Shown here: positions 22,862 through 31,690 of the stretch, piece by piece
Numbering within the stretch: position 1 is the first letter of the stretch
Layout: every line of letters starts with the position of its first letter
Assembly (NCBI GenBank): GCA_041650175.1
Contig: JBAZLS010000003.1
Span: 39,917-71,916 of the forward strand
Origin: Minisyncoccota bacterium
Lineage (GTDB): Bacteria > Patescibacteriota > Minisyncoccia > Minisyncoccales > Minisyncoccaceae
Length of the DNA stretch: 32,000 nt
Reading direction: 5' to 3'
The notes under the pieces: generated by a model
Seen by the model: the letters and a program-made list of their open reading frames with translations, nothing else
Told to the model about the DNA's origin: nothing
Databases searched by the model: none
Position numbers and translations under genes: made by a program

Positions 22862-23023
22862 GAATGCTAAAAAATAAATAGCAAAAGTGTCAATTATTTG
22901 TATTTTTTTTAAAAATTTTAAAACAAAAAATAAGATTTAATTTCAAATTAAAAAAGAAACTATCTCAAATTTATTAACAATAACAAAAAACACGGATAAT
23001 CCGTGCTTTGTTATTATATTATT

Positions 23024-24535
23024 TTATTGAATCCAATATTTCTTTTTAGTTTTTTTATCTTCTTCCGATTTTATCTCACCAACCTCTTTTTTTGCTTGGA
23101 GTGATAGGTCCTTAATCTCTTTGTCAGATAAGTCTACTAAATCTTCTAACTGTTCAAGTAATACTTTACGAGAATTATTCTTTGGGTTTTTGAGAACGCT
23201 TTCCAATAATATCTCCAATAACCAGCCAATCTTGGGCGATGGTTTAATTTTAAATAAATTCATTATATCAGAGCCATTTATTTGGAGCATTTTGACCGAA
23301 ATAGGGTCTTTCGACACTTTTTCAATCATATACTTTAAATGTCTTAATTTGTAAGGTTCAGCCTTTGGACAGCCAGAGCCAATACGATCCGCCATTCTTA
23401 ATTTTAATAAATCTTCAACGTTTTCAATACCAATATTCTTAATTAATCGCCTAATTGATGCCTCCTTGACTTCATCAATATTGTAATAAAATAGGTGATA
23501 TCTAACCAATAAAGTTATCTTTTCAATATCTTTTTTAGGAAAATGTAACCTTGTAAGAATAATTTTCACCATCTTTGCGCCAACTATTTCATGATTATAA
23601 AAAGTTGCATTTTCTCCTTCTCCATTTTTTGTAGCAGGTTTGCCGATATCGTGCAGTAGGGAAGCCATACGAATAGAAAAATTGAAATTTTTCTTCGTAG
23701 AATAAGTTAAAGCTTCTAAATTATGCTGATAACAATCAAAAATATGATGTTTATTTTGAGCAATTTCATATCCTTGTTCTAGTTCGGGAATAACGTATTT
23801 TAATAATCCATTTTTCCTTAAGGATTCGATTCCGCTAGCTGCTTTATCACTATTTATGGTTTTTATAAGCTCATCTCTTAGCCTTTCTTGAGATATTTTT
23901 TTAAGCAAAACTGCATTCCTTTTAATAGCAGATTTAGTTTTTTCTTCAATTATCCATCCTTCTCCAAGACAGGCTTCAAATCGTATCGCTCGTATCATTC
24001 TAAGGGCATCTTCGGAAAATCTTTCCTCAGGATTACCCACAGATCGGATTATCTTTTCCTTCAAATCTTCTTGACCATTATAAGGATCAATTATGAGATT
24101 TTGCTTATTGCTAGTAGGGAATAATGCAATAGCATTAACAGTAAAGTCCCTTCTTTTTAGGTCATCTTCGATTGTTTTAGACCATTCAACTTTATCGGGA
24201 TGACGATTATTAGAATAGGAAGATTCTGATCTAAATGTTGTTATTTCAATAATTTCATATTCTTCTTGGTCAAATGTTTCACGTGAAATAGGGAAGGCAA
24301 TTCCAACAGTTCCAAAGTCATTTTCATAAAAAGTTTTAATATTTTTTTTGCCAAAAATACTCTGAATTTGCTCAGGAGTAGCATCTGTTGCTATGTCCCA
24401 ATCAGATGGAACTATACCTCTTAAATAATCCCTAACAGAACCTCCGACTATATATGCCTTAAAACCAGTCTCGGTAAGAGTATTAAGGCAAAAGAAGACG
24501 TTATTAGGTATTTTTATTATTCCTTTTGAGTGCAT
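23024..24535 (-). CDS. cca: CCA-adding enzyme / poly(A) polymerase-family tRNA nucleotidyltransferase with an HD domain
   Basis: GFKAYIVGGSVRDYLRG..PSDWDIAT nucleotidyltransferase head, RDFTVNA, LLHDIGKP HD motif. Consistent with three of the four tRNAs lacking an encoded CCA. Confidence 0.85.
   Translation of the reverse strand: MHSKGIIKIPNNVFFCLNTLTETGFKAYIVGGSVRDYLRGIVPSDWDIATDATPEQIQSIFGKKNIKTFYENDFGTVGIAFPISRETFDQEEYEIIEITTFRSESSYSNNRHPDKVEWSKTIEDDLKRRDFTVNAIALFPTSNKQNLIIDPYNGQEDLKEKIIRSVGNPEERFSEDALRMIRAIRFEACLGEGWIIEEKTKSAIKRNAVLLKKISQERLRDELIKTINSDKAASGIESLRKNGLLKYVIPELEQGYEIAQNKHHIFDCYQHNLEALTYSTKKNFNFSIRMASLLHDIGKPATKNGEGENATFYNHEIVGAKMVKIILTRLHFPKKDIEKITLLVRYHLFYYNIDEVKEASIRRLIKNIGIENVEDLLKLRMADRIGSGCPKAEPYKLRHLKYMIEKVSKDPISVKMLQINGSDIMNLFKIKPSPKIGWLLEILLESVLKNPKNNSRKVLLEQLEDLVDLSDKEIKDLSLQAKKEVGEIKSEEDKKTKKKYWIQ
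24275..24290. promoter_or_regulatory. parS-like site TGTTTCACGTGAAATA inside the cca coding sequence
   Basis: 15/16 match to the parS consensus. Intragenic parS sites are common in other bacteria. Confidence 0.6.
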
Positions 24536-24887
24536 TCTAAAATTAAAATATCAAAATTATCTTACTAATACATTAGCTTAAAAAAGACTGTTTAACAACT
24601 AAAGAGATATAATTCTAAATAACATTTAAATTTAAACTTTATTTTTTAAAACCAAATTTTTAAATTAAAACACTCTTATTATTTAAATTTCATTCAATTA
24701 TTCTAATTAATACTACGCGGTTTTGATAGAAGCGTTTCACGAAGATTTAGTTATTTATAGCGTTTAATTGACTTTCTATTTTTATGTTTATTCCGCTGTT
24801 ATTTCTATTACAGTATGTGAAAATACTTGTTAATATTATTCAATCACTATATAATTAAAATATTAATAATTAAAAATACAATTATAT

Positions 24888-27731
24888 ATGAGAACTAATT
24901 TTTTTAGAAAAATTTGTTTTGTTCTTTTAGGATTTTTTTGTTTTAGTTTTTCTATTGTTTTTGCTGCTGGACAATGTTCCTCTGGTGAAAATGGATCATA
25001 TCTTGATAATGCGCCTCATGACTTTTGTTCCAGCGGAACAACTTCATCTTTTACAGAACATAACGATGGTAATGTTAATATATACTGGACATGGAAATGC
25101 GGTACGGTTGATTGTACAGCTTATAAAAGAAAGACGGCTACAGCATCAAACCCAGTAATATGCGCTCCAAATCTTCCTGGATGGTGTCTTAATTATATTA
25201 GTGGAGATTCTTTTAACTCTGCAGTTTGGGGTTCTAGTCATTCATTATCCGGAAAAGCTCTTTCTTGGACTTGTAATTATTCAGGACAAACGGTTAATTG
25301 TGCTGCCGATATTGGTAATTGTGGTTCAATTACTTCAACACCCATTACTAGTTCTCCAGATGAAAGCAATGGATGTCAAGTTGGATATACTTTTGGAGGT
25401 TTGAATCAATTAACTTATTCATCAACTCACGAAAATGTTCCTATTGGTTATGGAGCATATGGATCGGATTGGTTATATAGAACTCCTTATACAGTATGGA
25501 CGTGGACTTGTGGTTCCTCACGTTGTTTTGGTTATATTTCTTCTGTTGTTAATGGCGCCTGCGGAACATCCAACGGAGCTAATTCCAGTACTGTTCCTAC
25601 AACCAATCTCTGTAATGAAGGAACAGCCTCTGCAGTCTCGGGAACTGGTCCATGGACTTGGACTTGCAATGGAATCGGCGGAGGAACTAATGCATCTTGT
25701 TCTGCTAATAAAATAACTGATGGCACTTGCGGAACAGCAAATCTAAAAACTTATTTATATGACGCAACCAGCTATGGAACAGATACTCAATGCGCAAATG
25801 GAACGTCAACTAATACCGCTTTCCCAGTAGTCGGAGGATCAGCAACTTGGTATTGTAATGGAAGCAATGGGGGAGCTAATAGTTCACTTTGTACTGCCAG
25901 TCGAAATGCCACTCCAGTTGCTGGTGCTTGCGGAACAGCCAATAACAAGACATATGCTTACAATGCAACAAGTTATGGATCAGATACTCAATGTTCAAGC
26001 GGAACTTCAAGCAACACTGCTTTTCCAGCTCAAGGGTCAATAGTTATTTGGACTTGTAGTGGATCAAATGGAGGCGAAACAAGAAGCTGTGCTGCTGGAC
26101 GTAATCCCGCTCCTATTAATGGTACTTGCGGAACAGCAAATCTAAAAACTTATCCTTACAATGCAACCAGCTACGGAACAGATACTCAATGTGAAGCAGG
26201 AACGTCAACTAATACCGCTTTCCCAGTAGTCGGAGGAATAACTAGTTGGTATTGCAATGGAAGCAATGGGGGAGCTAATAGTTCGCTTTGTGCCGCTAGT
26301 CGAGTCAATACTCCTATTAATGGCATTTGCGGAACAGCAAATCAAAAAGATTATCCCTATAATGCAACAAATTATGGATTAGATACTCAATGCGCAAGTG
26401 GAACTTCAACCGACACTTCTTTCCCAGCAGTCGGAGGAATACTTATCTGGTTTTGCAATGGAATTAATGGTGGAATAAATAGTAGTTCTTGTGCGGCAAG
26501 TCATAACCCTTACGTAAATGAAAACTGTGGTTTATCTAGCGAAGGTAATTTTAATGAAAAACCTATAGCCGATTTATGTAGTAATGGAGCAACAGCTTCA
26601 ACAGTTTCAGGAACTGGTCCATGGACTTGGACTTGCACTGATAATGAAGGAGAAATCTCAAATTGCTCTGCTGACAAGATTGTTAATGGTATTTGTGGAA
26701 CAGCAAATTTAAAACCCTATCCTTATAACGCAACTGGCTATGGAATAGACACTCAATGTGCATCAGGAACGTCAACTAACACTGCTTTCCCAGCAGTTGG
26801 AGGGTTAGCTACTTGGACTTGCAGCGGAAACAATGGAGGAACTAATAGTTTACCCTGTACTGCTAGTCGAGATAATACTCCAATTAATGGTATTTGTGGA
26901 ACAGCAAATTTAAAACCCTATCCTTATAACGCAACTGACTATGGAATAGACACTCAATGTGCATCAGGAACGTCAACTAACACTGCTTTCCCAGCAGTTG
27001 GAACAGCAGTTGGCTGGTATTGTAATGGAAGTAATGGAGGAACTAACAGTTTACTTTGTGCGGCAAGTCATATTGATAATGGCACTTGTGGCTCATCCAA
27101 TGGAAGCAATTTTAATGAAGCCCCTACAATCGGTTTATGTAACAGCGGATCACCTAGTACTGTTACTGGAGATGGTCCATGGACTTGGACCTGTAGTGGC
27201 GTTTATGGAGGAACAACTTCATATTGTAGTGCAAACAAGATAACTAATGGCGTTTGCGGAACAGCTGATGGTAGGGAGTATAGTTACCCTACAACATCTT
27301 ATGGTTTAGACACTCAATGTGCAAGTGGAACGTCAACTAACACCGCTTTTCCAGCACCTGGCTCGTCACAGGCTTGGATATGCAATGGGACTTATGGAGG
27401 AACAGCAAGTTCTTGCACTGCTAGTCACACTGCCGGATCTACTGCTAATGAAATTACTTCCTTCAAATTTAGAACTCCAGATGTTGTTGGGACTATTAAT
27501 GGAAATGATATTACTGTGACTGTTCCTTATGGAACTGCGGTTAATTCTTTAATTGCCATTTTTACTACTACCGGAAAAACAGTTCAAGTTGGAACCATTA
27601 CTCAGTATAGTAACGAAACTGTAAATGACTTTACTAATAAAGTATATTATCTTGTTTATCCAGAAGTTGGATCAATTCGAGTCTATACAGTTACAGTTAA
27701 AAAATCAATAAATCCTACTTGGAGAGAGTAA
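24888..27731 (+). CDS. Secreted or cell-surface Cys-rich repeat protein (947 aa) with a C-terminal beta-sandwich-like domain
   Basis: Signal peptide MRTNFFRKICFVLLGFFCFSFSIVFA. Seven ~66-aa modules (CGTANxKxYxYNATxYGxDTQCxxGTSTNTAFPxxG...WxCxGxNGGxNSxxCxAS) are interleaved with at least three ~55-aa modules (CGxSNGxxFxxxPxxxLCxxGxxSxVxGxGPWTWTC..GGxxxxCSANK). Strong terminator downstream. Confidence 0.8.
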   Translation: MRTNFFRKICFVLLGFFCFSFSIVFAAGQCSSGENGSYLDNAPHDFCSSGTTSSFTEHNDGNVNIYWTWKCGTVDCTAYKRKTATASNPVICAPNLPGWCLNYISGDSFNSAVWGSSHSLSGKALSWTCNYSGQTVNCAADIGNCGSITSTPITSSPDESNGCQVGYTFGGLNQLTYSSTHENVPIGYGAYGSDWLYRTPYTVWTWTCGSSRCFGYISSVVNGACGTSNGANSSTVPTTNLCNEGTASAVSGTGPWTWTCNGIGGGTNASCSANKITDGTCGTANLKTYLYDATSYGTDTQCANGTSTNTAFPVVGGSATWYCNGSNGGANSSLCTASRNATPVAGACGTANNKTYAYNATSYGSDTQCSSGTSSNTAFPAQGSIVIWTCSGSNGGETRSCAAGRNPAPINGTCGTANLKTYPYNATSYGTDTQCEAGTSTNTAFPVVGGITSWYCNGSNGGANSSLCAASRVNTPINGICGTANQKDYPYNATNYGLDTQCASGTSTDTSFPAVGGILIWFCNGINGGINSSSCAASHNPYVNENCGLSSEGNFNEKPIADLCSNGATASTVSGTGPWTWTCTDNEGEISNCSADKIVNGICGTANLKPYPYNATGYGIDTQCASGTSTNTAFPAVGGLATWTCSGNNGGTNSLPCTASRDNTPINGICGTANLKPYPYNATDYGIDTQCASGTSTNTAFPAVGTAVGWYCNGSNGGTNSLLCAASHIDNGTCGSSNGSNFNEAPTIGLCNSGSPSTVTGDGPWTWTCSGVYGGTTSYCSANKITNGVCGTADGREYSYPTTSYGLDTQCASGTSTNTAFPAPGSSQAWICNGTYGGTASSCTASHTAGSTANEITSFKFRTPDVVGTINGNDITVTVPYGTAVNSLIAIFTTTGKTVQVGTITQYSNETVNDFTNKVYYLVYPEVGSIRVYTVTVKKSINPTWRE
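25550..27440 (+). repeat. Intragenic array of ~165- and ~201-bp coding repeats
   Basis: For example, 26684-26801 versus 26885-27002 match at 117/118 positions (offset 201 bp). 25720-25835 versus 26121-26236 are highly similar (offset ~402 bp). Confidence 0.9.
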
Positions 27732-27741
27732 TAATAAACTT

Positions 27742-27770
27742 AAAAAGCAGGGAGCAATCCCTGCTTTTTA
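27742..27770 (+). terminator. Rho-independent terminator of the surface-protein gene
   Basis: Stem GCAGGGA / TCCCTGC (27747-27753 / 27758-27764), loop GCAA, T5; an A5 run precedes it. Confidence 0.75.
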
Positions 27771-27987
27771 GTTAAAAAAATTTCTCAAGCTGAGCAATTC
27801 GTTTGACGGTTTTTTAAAAAAATGATAATCTAACACCACGGAGGTTAATGATTTTAATTATTGCTTGGTCGGATAGATTCCGGCTTTTTTTATCGGAATT
27901 TTGTCCAAATAATATTTATAAGATTTATAAAGATTAAAATTAAATTAAATTTAAAACAATAATAAGAAAATAAATAATAAAAATAAT

Positions 27988-29310
27988 ATGGATTTTCAAG
28001 AATTTCTATCAGCTATTACACAAATTTCTGATGAAAAGGGTTTGTCAAAAGAAATAATAGTTGAAACAGTTGAACACGCCCTTGCTTCTGCATATAAAAA
28101 AGAGTATGGCAAGAAGGGTCAAATCATTAAGGCTAAAATGAATCAAAAAACTGGCAAAGTCGATTTTTCTAGATCAAGACTTGTTGTCGATGAAACCGTC
28201 GTGTACATTCCTTTTCCTGGAGAGGAAGACGAGCCGGAATATTTTGCCTTTAAAATAAAGCCAGAATATCGTCCGCTTGAAAGTGAAATGAACAGCAATG
28301 AAGATAATGCAACTCTAGTAGGGGAGCATAAAAGAGTAAGATATAATCCAGAAAGGCATATTTTAATAGAAGAATGCAAATTAGAAAAAATACAACTGGA
28401 AGTAGGAGAAGAACAAATTGTTCCATTAGAGCAGAAAGAAGATTTTGGGCGTATTGCGGCGCAAACAGCTAAGCAAGTTGTATTGCAAAAAATAAGAGAA
28501 GCAGAAAAAGATGCAGTTCTGGCTGAATATAAATCAAAAGAAGGAGAAATCGTTTCTGGTATTGTTCAACGAATCGAAGGCACGAGTGTATATTTTGATA
28601 TCGGAAAAACTCTGGGTGTCTTAATGAAAGAAGAACAGATTAAGGGTGAATTTTATAAAGAAGGGCAGAGATTAAAATTGTATGTTGTGAAAGTAGAAAC
28701 TACTCCAAGGGGACCGATAATTGTTTTATCACGTATCTATCCAAAACTTATTTCAAAATTATTTGAACTTGAAGTTCCAGAAATAACAGCAAACCAAATT
28801 GAAATAAAATCACTTGCTCGTGAAGCAGGATCTAGGACAAAAATAGCAGTTGTTTCTCTTATTGATGGGGTTGATCCAATCGGTGCGATGGTTGGACAGC
28901 GAGGAGTAAGAGTTGCTGCTGTTATTTCAGAACTAGGAGGAGAAAAAATCGATATTATCGAATATTCAAACGACCCAGTAGAATATATTAAAAATGCATT
29001 ATCGCCAGCAAAGGTTATCGATGTAAAAGTATTGCCAAAAAACACGGCTTTAGTTATTGTTCCTTCTGAACAGTTATCTCTTGCAATCGGAAAAGAGGGA
29101 CAGAATGTCCGGCTTTCAGCTAGGCTAACTGGATGGAAAATCGATGTAAAAAGTATTGAAGAGTATGAACAGATGGAAAAAGACGGTTCTTTTAAGGCTA
29201 TGGAAGATGGGGAAGAAATGCCAAAGAGAAAACCTAAAACTAAAAAAGAGGAAGTTAAAAAGACTATTGAAAAAACTGAAGATAAAAATTCATCAAGCGA
29301 AGAAGAATAA
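27988..29310 (+). CDS. nusA: Transcription termination/antitermination factor NusA
   Basis: NusA N-terminal domain (FGRIAAQTAKQVVLQKIREAE), S1 domain (GEIVSGIVQRIEG), two KH domains (GSRTKIAV..DPIGAMVGQRG, LAIGKEGQNVRLSARLTGWKIDV). Lys/Glu-rich tail. Confidence 0.95.
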   Translation: MDFQEFLSAITQISDEKGLSKEIIVETVEHALASAYKKEYGKKGQIIKAKMNQKTGKVDFSRSRLVVDETVVYIPFPGEEDEPEYFAFKIKPEYRPLESEMNSNEDNATLVGEHKRVRYNPERHILIEECKLEKIQLEVGEEQIVPLEQKEDFGRIAAQTAKQVVLQKIREAEKDAVLAEYKSKEGEIVSGIVQRIEGTSVYFDIGKTLGVLMKEEQIKGEFYKEGQRLKLYVVKVETTPRGPIIVLSRIYPKLISKLFELEVPEITANQIEIKSLAREAGSRTKIAVVSLIDGVDPIGAMVGQRGVRVAAVISELGGEKIDIIEYSNDPVEYIKNALSPAKVIDVKVLPKNTALVIVPSEQLSLAIGKEGQNVRLSARLTGWKIDVKSIEEYEQMEKDGSFKAMEDGEEMPKRKPKTKKEEVKKTIEKTEDKNSSSEEE

Positions 29311-29340
29311 AATCAAGACTTATTTAAAAAAATACAAAAT

Positions 29341-30618
29341 ATGAAATATACTGTTAAAGAATCAACTCCAGTAAAACACACAGTAGAAATAGAAATACCT
29401 GCTGAAGAATTTGATGCTTGCTACGCCGAAGTCTTAAAAGAAATTTCAGAAACTTTAGAGATTCCAGGATTTAGGAAAGGAAAAGTTCCTCAAAATATGG
29501 CAGAACAACACGTTGATCAAAGTCATATTTTATCTAAAGCAACCGAAACTGCTATTAGTAAGAACTGGATAAAGTATTTAAAAGAATCTGACATTGAAGC
29601 AGTTTCTCAGCCAGAGGTAGAAATTTTAAAAGTAGCTAAAGGGAATCCGTTTATTTTTACAGCCAAGGTAGAAGTGTTGTCAAATTTTGTTTTGCCAGAT
29701 ATTAAAAAGGTAATTGAAGGAATTAAAAAAGAAAAAATAGAAATAACCGATAAAGAAATTGATGACGCTATTTTATGGCTTCGAAACGCTAGGGCAATTT
29801 TGAATAAAAAAGATGGTCCAGCAGAAAAAAATGATTTTGTAGAAATTTCTTTTCAAATAGAAAATTTGCCAGACACATTCAGCCATATGAGAGGGGAGCA
29901 GAAAGATGGATTTATTCTTGGCAAGGAACATTTTATTAAAGGAATTGAATCTGCAATTCTTGGAGCAAAGGAAGGAGATGAAAAAGAGTTTGAGGGAATA
30001 ATTGATCAGCATATAGACAAGATGCAACCAGAAAAAATGTCAGTAAAAGGCAGGGTGAAAATAATTTCTGTTCAAAAAATGGATTTACCAGAGCTAACTG
30101 ACGAATGGGTAAAAACATTGGGACGTTTTGAAACTATTGAAGCATTGAAAGAAGACATAAGAAAAGGACTTGGAGAAGAAAAAAGAATTGCCGGATTGAA
30201 TCGTCTTAGAATTGAAGCGATGGATAAGATTTTAGAAAAAACAAAAATAGAAATACCAGCAATTCTTTTAAGAAGAGAAGAAGACAATCTTTTTGAAAAT
30301 TTGAAAGACAGGGTTAACTACGAGCTTAAAATAGGACTAGAAGAATATCTAACACAGATTAAAAAAACTGAAGCGGAGGTAAAAAAAGAATTTGAAAGAG
30401 TTGCATTAGACAGAGTAAGAAGATTTTTAATCTTGCATCAAATAGCTAAAAATGAGAAAATAGCAGCAACAGACGAAGAAGTCGCAAATAAATTAGAAGA
30501 AGTAATAGCGCAATATGGCGAAGAAGAAAAGAATAAGATTGATATACAAAGATTAGCAATTCTTGTTGCTGATGATATTGCAAAAGAAAAAATATTTGCA
30601 TTTCTTGGCCTTAATTAA
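29341..30618 (+). CDS. tig: Trigger factor
   Basis: N-terminal ribosome-binding signature [10 protein letters not shown], a central FKBP-like region and a C-terminal helical arm; 425 aa; upstream of clpP as in many bacteria. Confidence 0.9.
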   Translation: MKYTVKESTPVKHTVEIEIPAEEFDACYAEVLKEISETLEIPGFRKGKVPQNMAEQHVDQSHILSKATETAISKNWIKYLKESDIEAVSQPEVEILKVAKGNPFIFTAKVEVLSNFVLPDIKKVIEGIKKEKIEITDKEIDDAILWLRNARAILNKKDGPAEKNDFVEISFQIENLPDTFSHMRGEQKDGFILGKEHFIKGIESAILGAKEGDEKEFEGIIDQHIDKMQPEKMSVKGRVKIISVQKMDLPELTDEWVKTLGRFETIEALKEDIRKGLGEEKRIAGLNRLRIEAMDKILEKTKIEIPAILLRREEDNLFENLKDRVNYELKIGLEEYLTQIKKTEAEVKKEFERVALDRVRRFLILHQIAKNEKIAATDEEVANKLEEVIAQYGEEEKNKIDIQRLAILVADDIAKEKIFAFLGLN

Positions 30619-30638
30619 TTATAAAATTAAAAAATATT

Positions 30639-31223
30639 ATGAACTTAATTCCAACAGTAATCGAAAAAACTCAATCTGGAGAAAGAGCTTATGATATTTA
30701 TTCTAGGCTTCTTGAAAGACGGATAATTTTTATGGCAGGAGTAATAGATGATTATATTGCTAATTCTATTGTTGCGCAGCTTTTGTATCTTGCATCAAAG
30801 GATTCAGAAAAAGATATTCAATTATATATTAATAGCCCAGGGGGAGCAGTCACCGCCGGACTGGCAATTTACGATACGATGCAATATATAAAGCCCGATG
30901 TATCAACAGTATCGATTGGACTTTCTGCTTCAATGGGCGCATTACTTCTGGCTGCTGGCGCGAAAGGCAAAAGATATGCCTTGCCAAATTCAGAAATATT
31001 GCTTCATCAAGTTTTGGGCGGAGCAAGGGGGCAAGCAACCGAAATAGAAATTGCTGCTAAACAGATACTGAAAATAAAAGATAGAATGAGCAAGATTTTG
31101 GCTAAACATACTGGACAGCCATTATCTAAAGTAACTAAAGATACGGATAGGGATTTTTACTTGACTGCTGAAGAAGCGAAAGCTTATGGAGTAATTGATG
31201 AAGTTATTAATTCTAAAAAATAA
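30639..31223 (+). CDS. clpP: ATP-dependent Clp protease proteolytic subunit ClpP
   Basis: [23 protein letters not shown], catalytic [14 protein letters not shown] (Ser), LLHQVLGG (His), [14 protein letters not shown]. Confidence 0.95.
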   Translation: MNLIPTVIEKTQSGERAYDIYSRLLERRIIFMAGVIDDYIANSIVAQLLYLASKDSEKDIQLYINSPGGAVTAGLAIYDTMQYIKPDVSTVSIGLSASMGALLLAAGAKGKRYALPNSEILLHQVLGGARGQATEIEIAAKQILKIKDRMSKILAKHTGQPLSKVTKDTDRDFYLTAEEAKAYGVIDEVINSKK

Positions 31224-31229
31224 AAATTG

Positions 31230-31256
31230 AAACAAGCAGATAGCTTGTTTTAATTT
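31230..31256 (+). terminator. Probable terminator after clpP
   Basis: Stem AAACAAGC / GCTTGTTT (31230-31237 / 31243-31250), loop AGATA, then a T/A-rich tail. Confidence 0.5.
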
Positions 31257-31319
31257 ATTAATATTACTAATTGATATATAATAATTTATCAATAAGGAAT
31301 ATAAATTAAATAATATCAA

Positions 31320-31634
31320 ATGCTATTAAATATTTATTTTTCAATTTTAATTTCAGGGTTTGGGGGAGGAATGGTAAGAGGCATCGTTGGATATTTAAAA
31401 CATCAATATGATTACAAGAACGTTGGGTTTGATATCAAGTACTTTTTCGGCATAGTTTTTTTATCGGGAATAGTCGGACTTTTGACTGGCATTGCGATTA
31501 GTGAAACAGGAATTATTAAAAGTATAGACGATTTTTCACCGGCAATATCTTTTATCGTTGGTTATGCAGGAGGAGATTTTTTAGATGGAATTTATAAAAT
31601 ATTTTTACAAAATAGCAAAAAAGATAATAAATAG
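31320..31634 (+). CDS. Small hypothetical membrane protein (about 3 TM segments)
   Basis: 104-aa ORF with Gly-rich hydrophobic segments and a Lys-rich C-terminus; no recognisable family. Confidence 0.45.
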   Translation: MLLNIYFSILISGFGGGMVRGIVGYLKHQYDYKNVGFDIKYFFGIVFLSGIVGLLTGIAISETGIIKSIDDFSPAISFIVGYAGGDFLDGIYKIFLQNSKKDNK

Positions 31635-31690
31635 CTTGAAAGGGGATATGATTGCAGATATAATATAAGCATAATTATAATTTATAAAAA

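Noticed and set aside
20880-22900. Possible CRISPR array, because of many short repeats in non-coding DNA
   Set aside because: The repeat cores are only 6-16 bp, occur in both orientations and have irregular spacing (10 to >200 bp). There is no uniform repeat-spacer periodicity and no cas genes.
24733-24748. CGTTTCACGAAGATTT as a seventh parS
   Set aside because: Only the left half-site is present, the central CACGTG is broken and there is no palindrome.
24955-27519. Several 61-94 aa alternative-frame ORFs inside the 947-aa gene, on both strands
   Set aside because: They are embedded in a long, clearly coding repeat array. They are repetitive because the DNA is repetitive and carry no independent signals.
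27848-27937. 29-aa ORF (MILIIAWSDRFRLFLSEFCPNNIYKIYKD) after a GGAGG, upstream of nusA
   Set aside because: The SD-ATG spacing is only 3 nt, the composition is that of AT-rich spacer DNA, and it overlaps a hairpin (ATTCCG...CGGAAT) more likely to belong to the nusA leader. It is not a RimP homolog.
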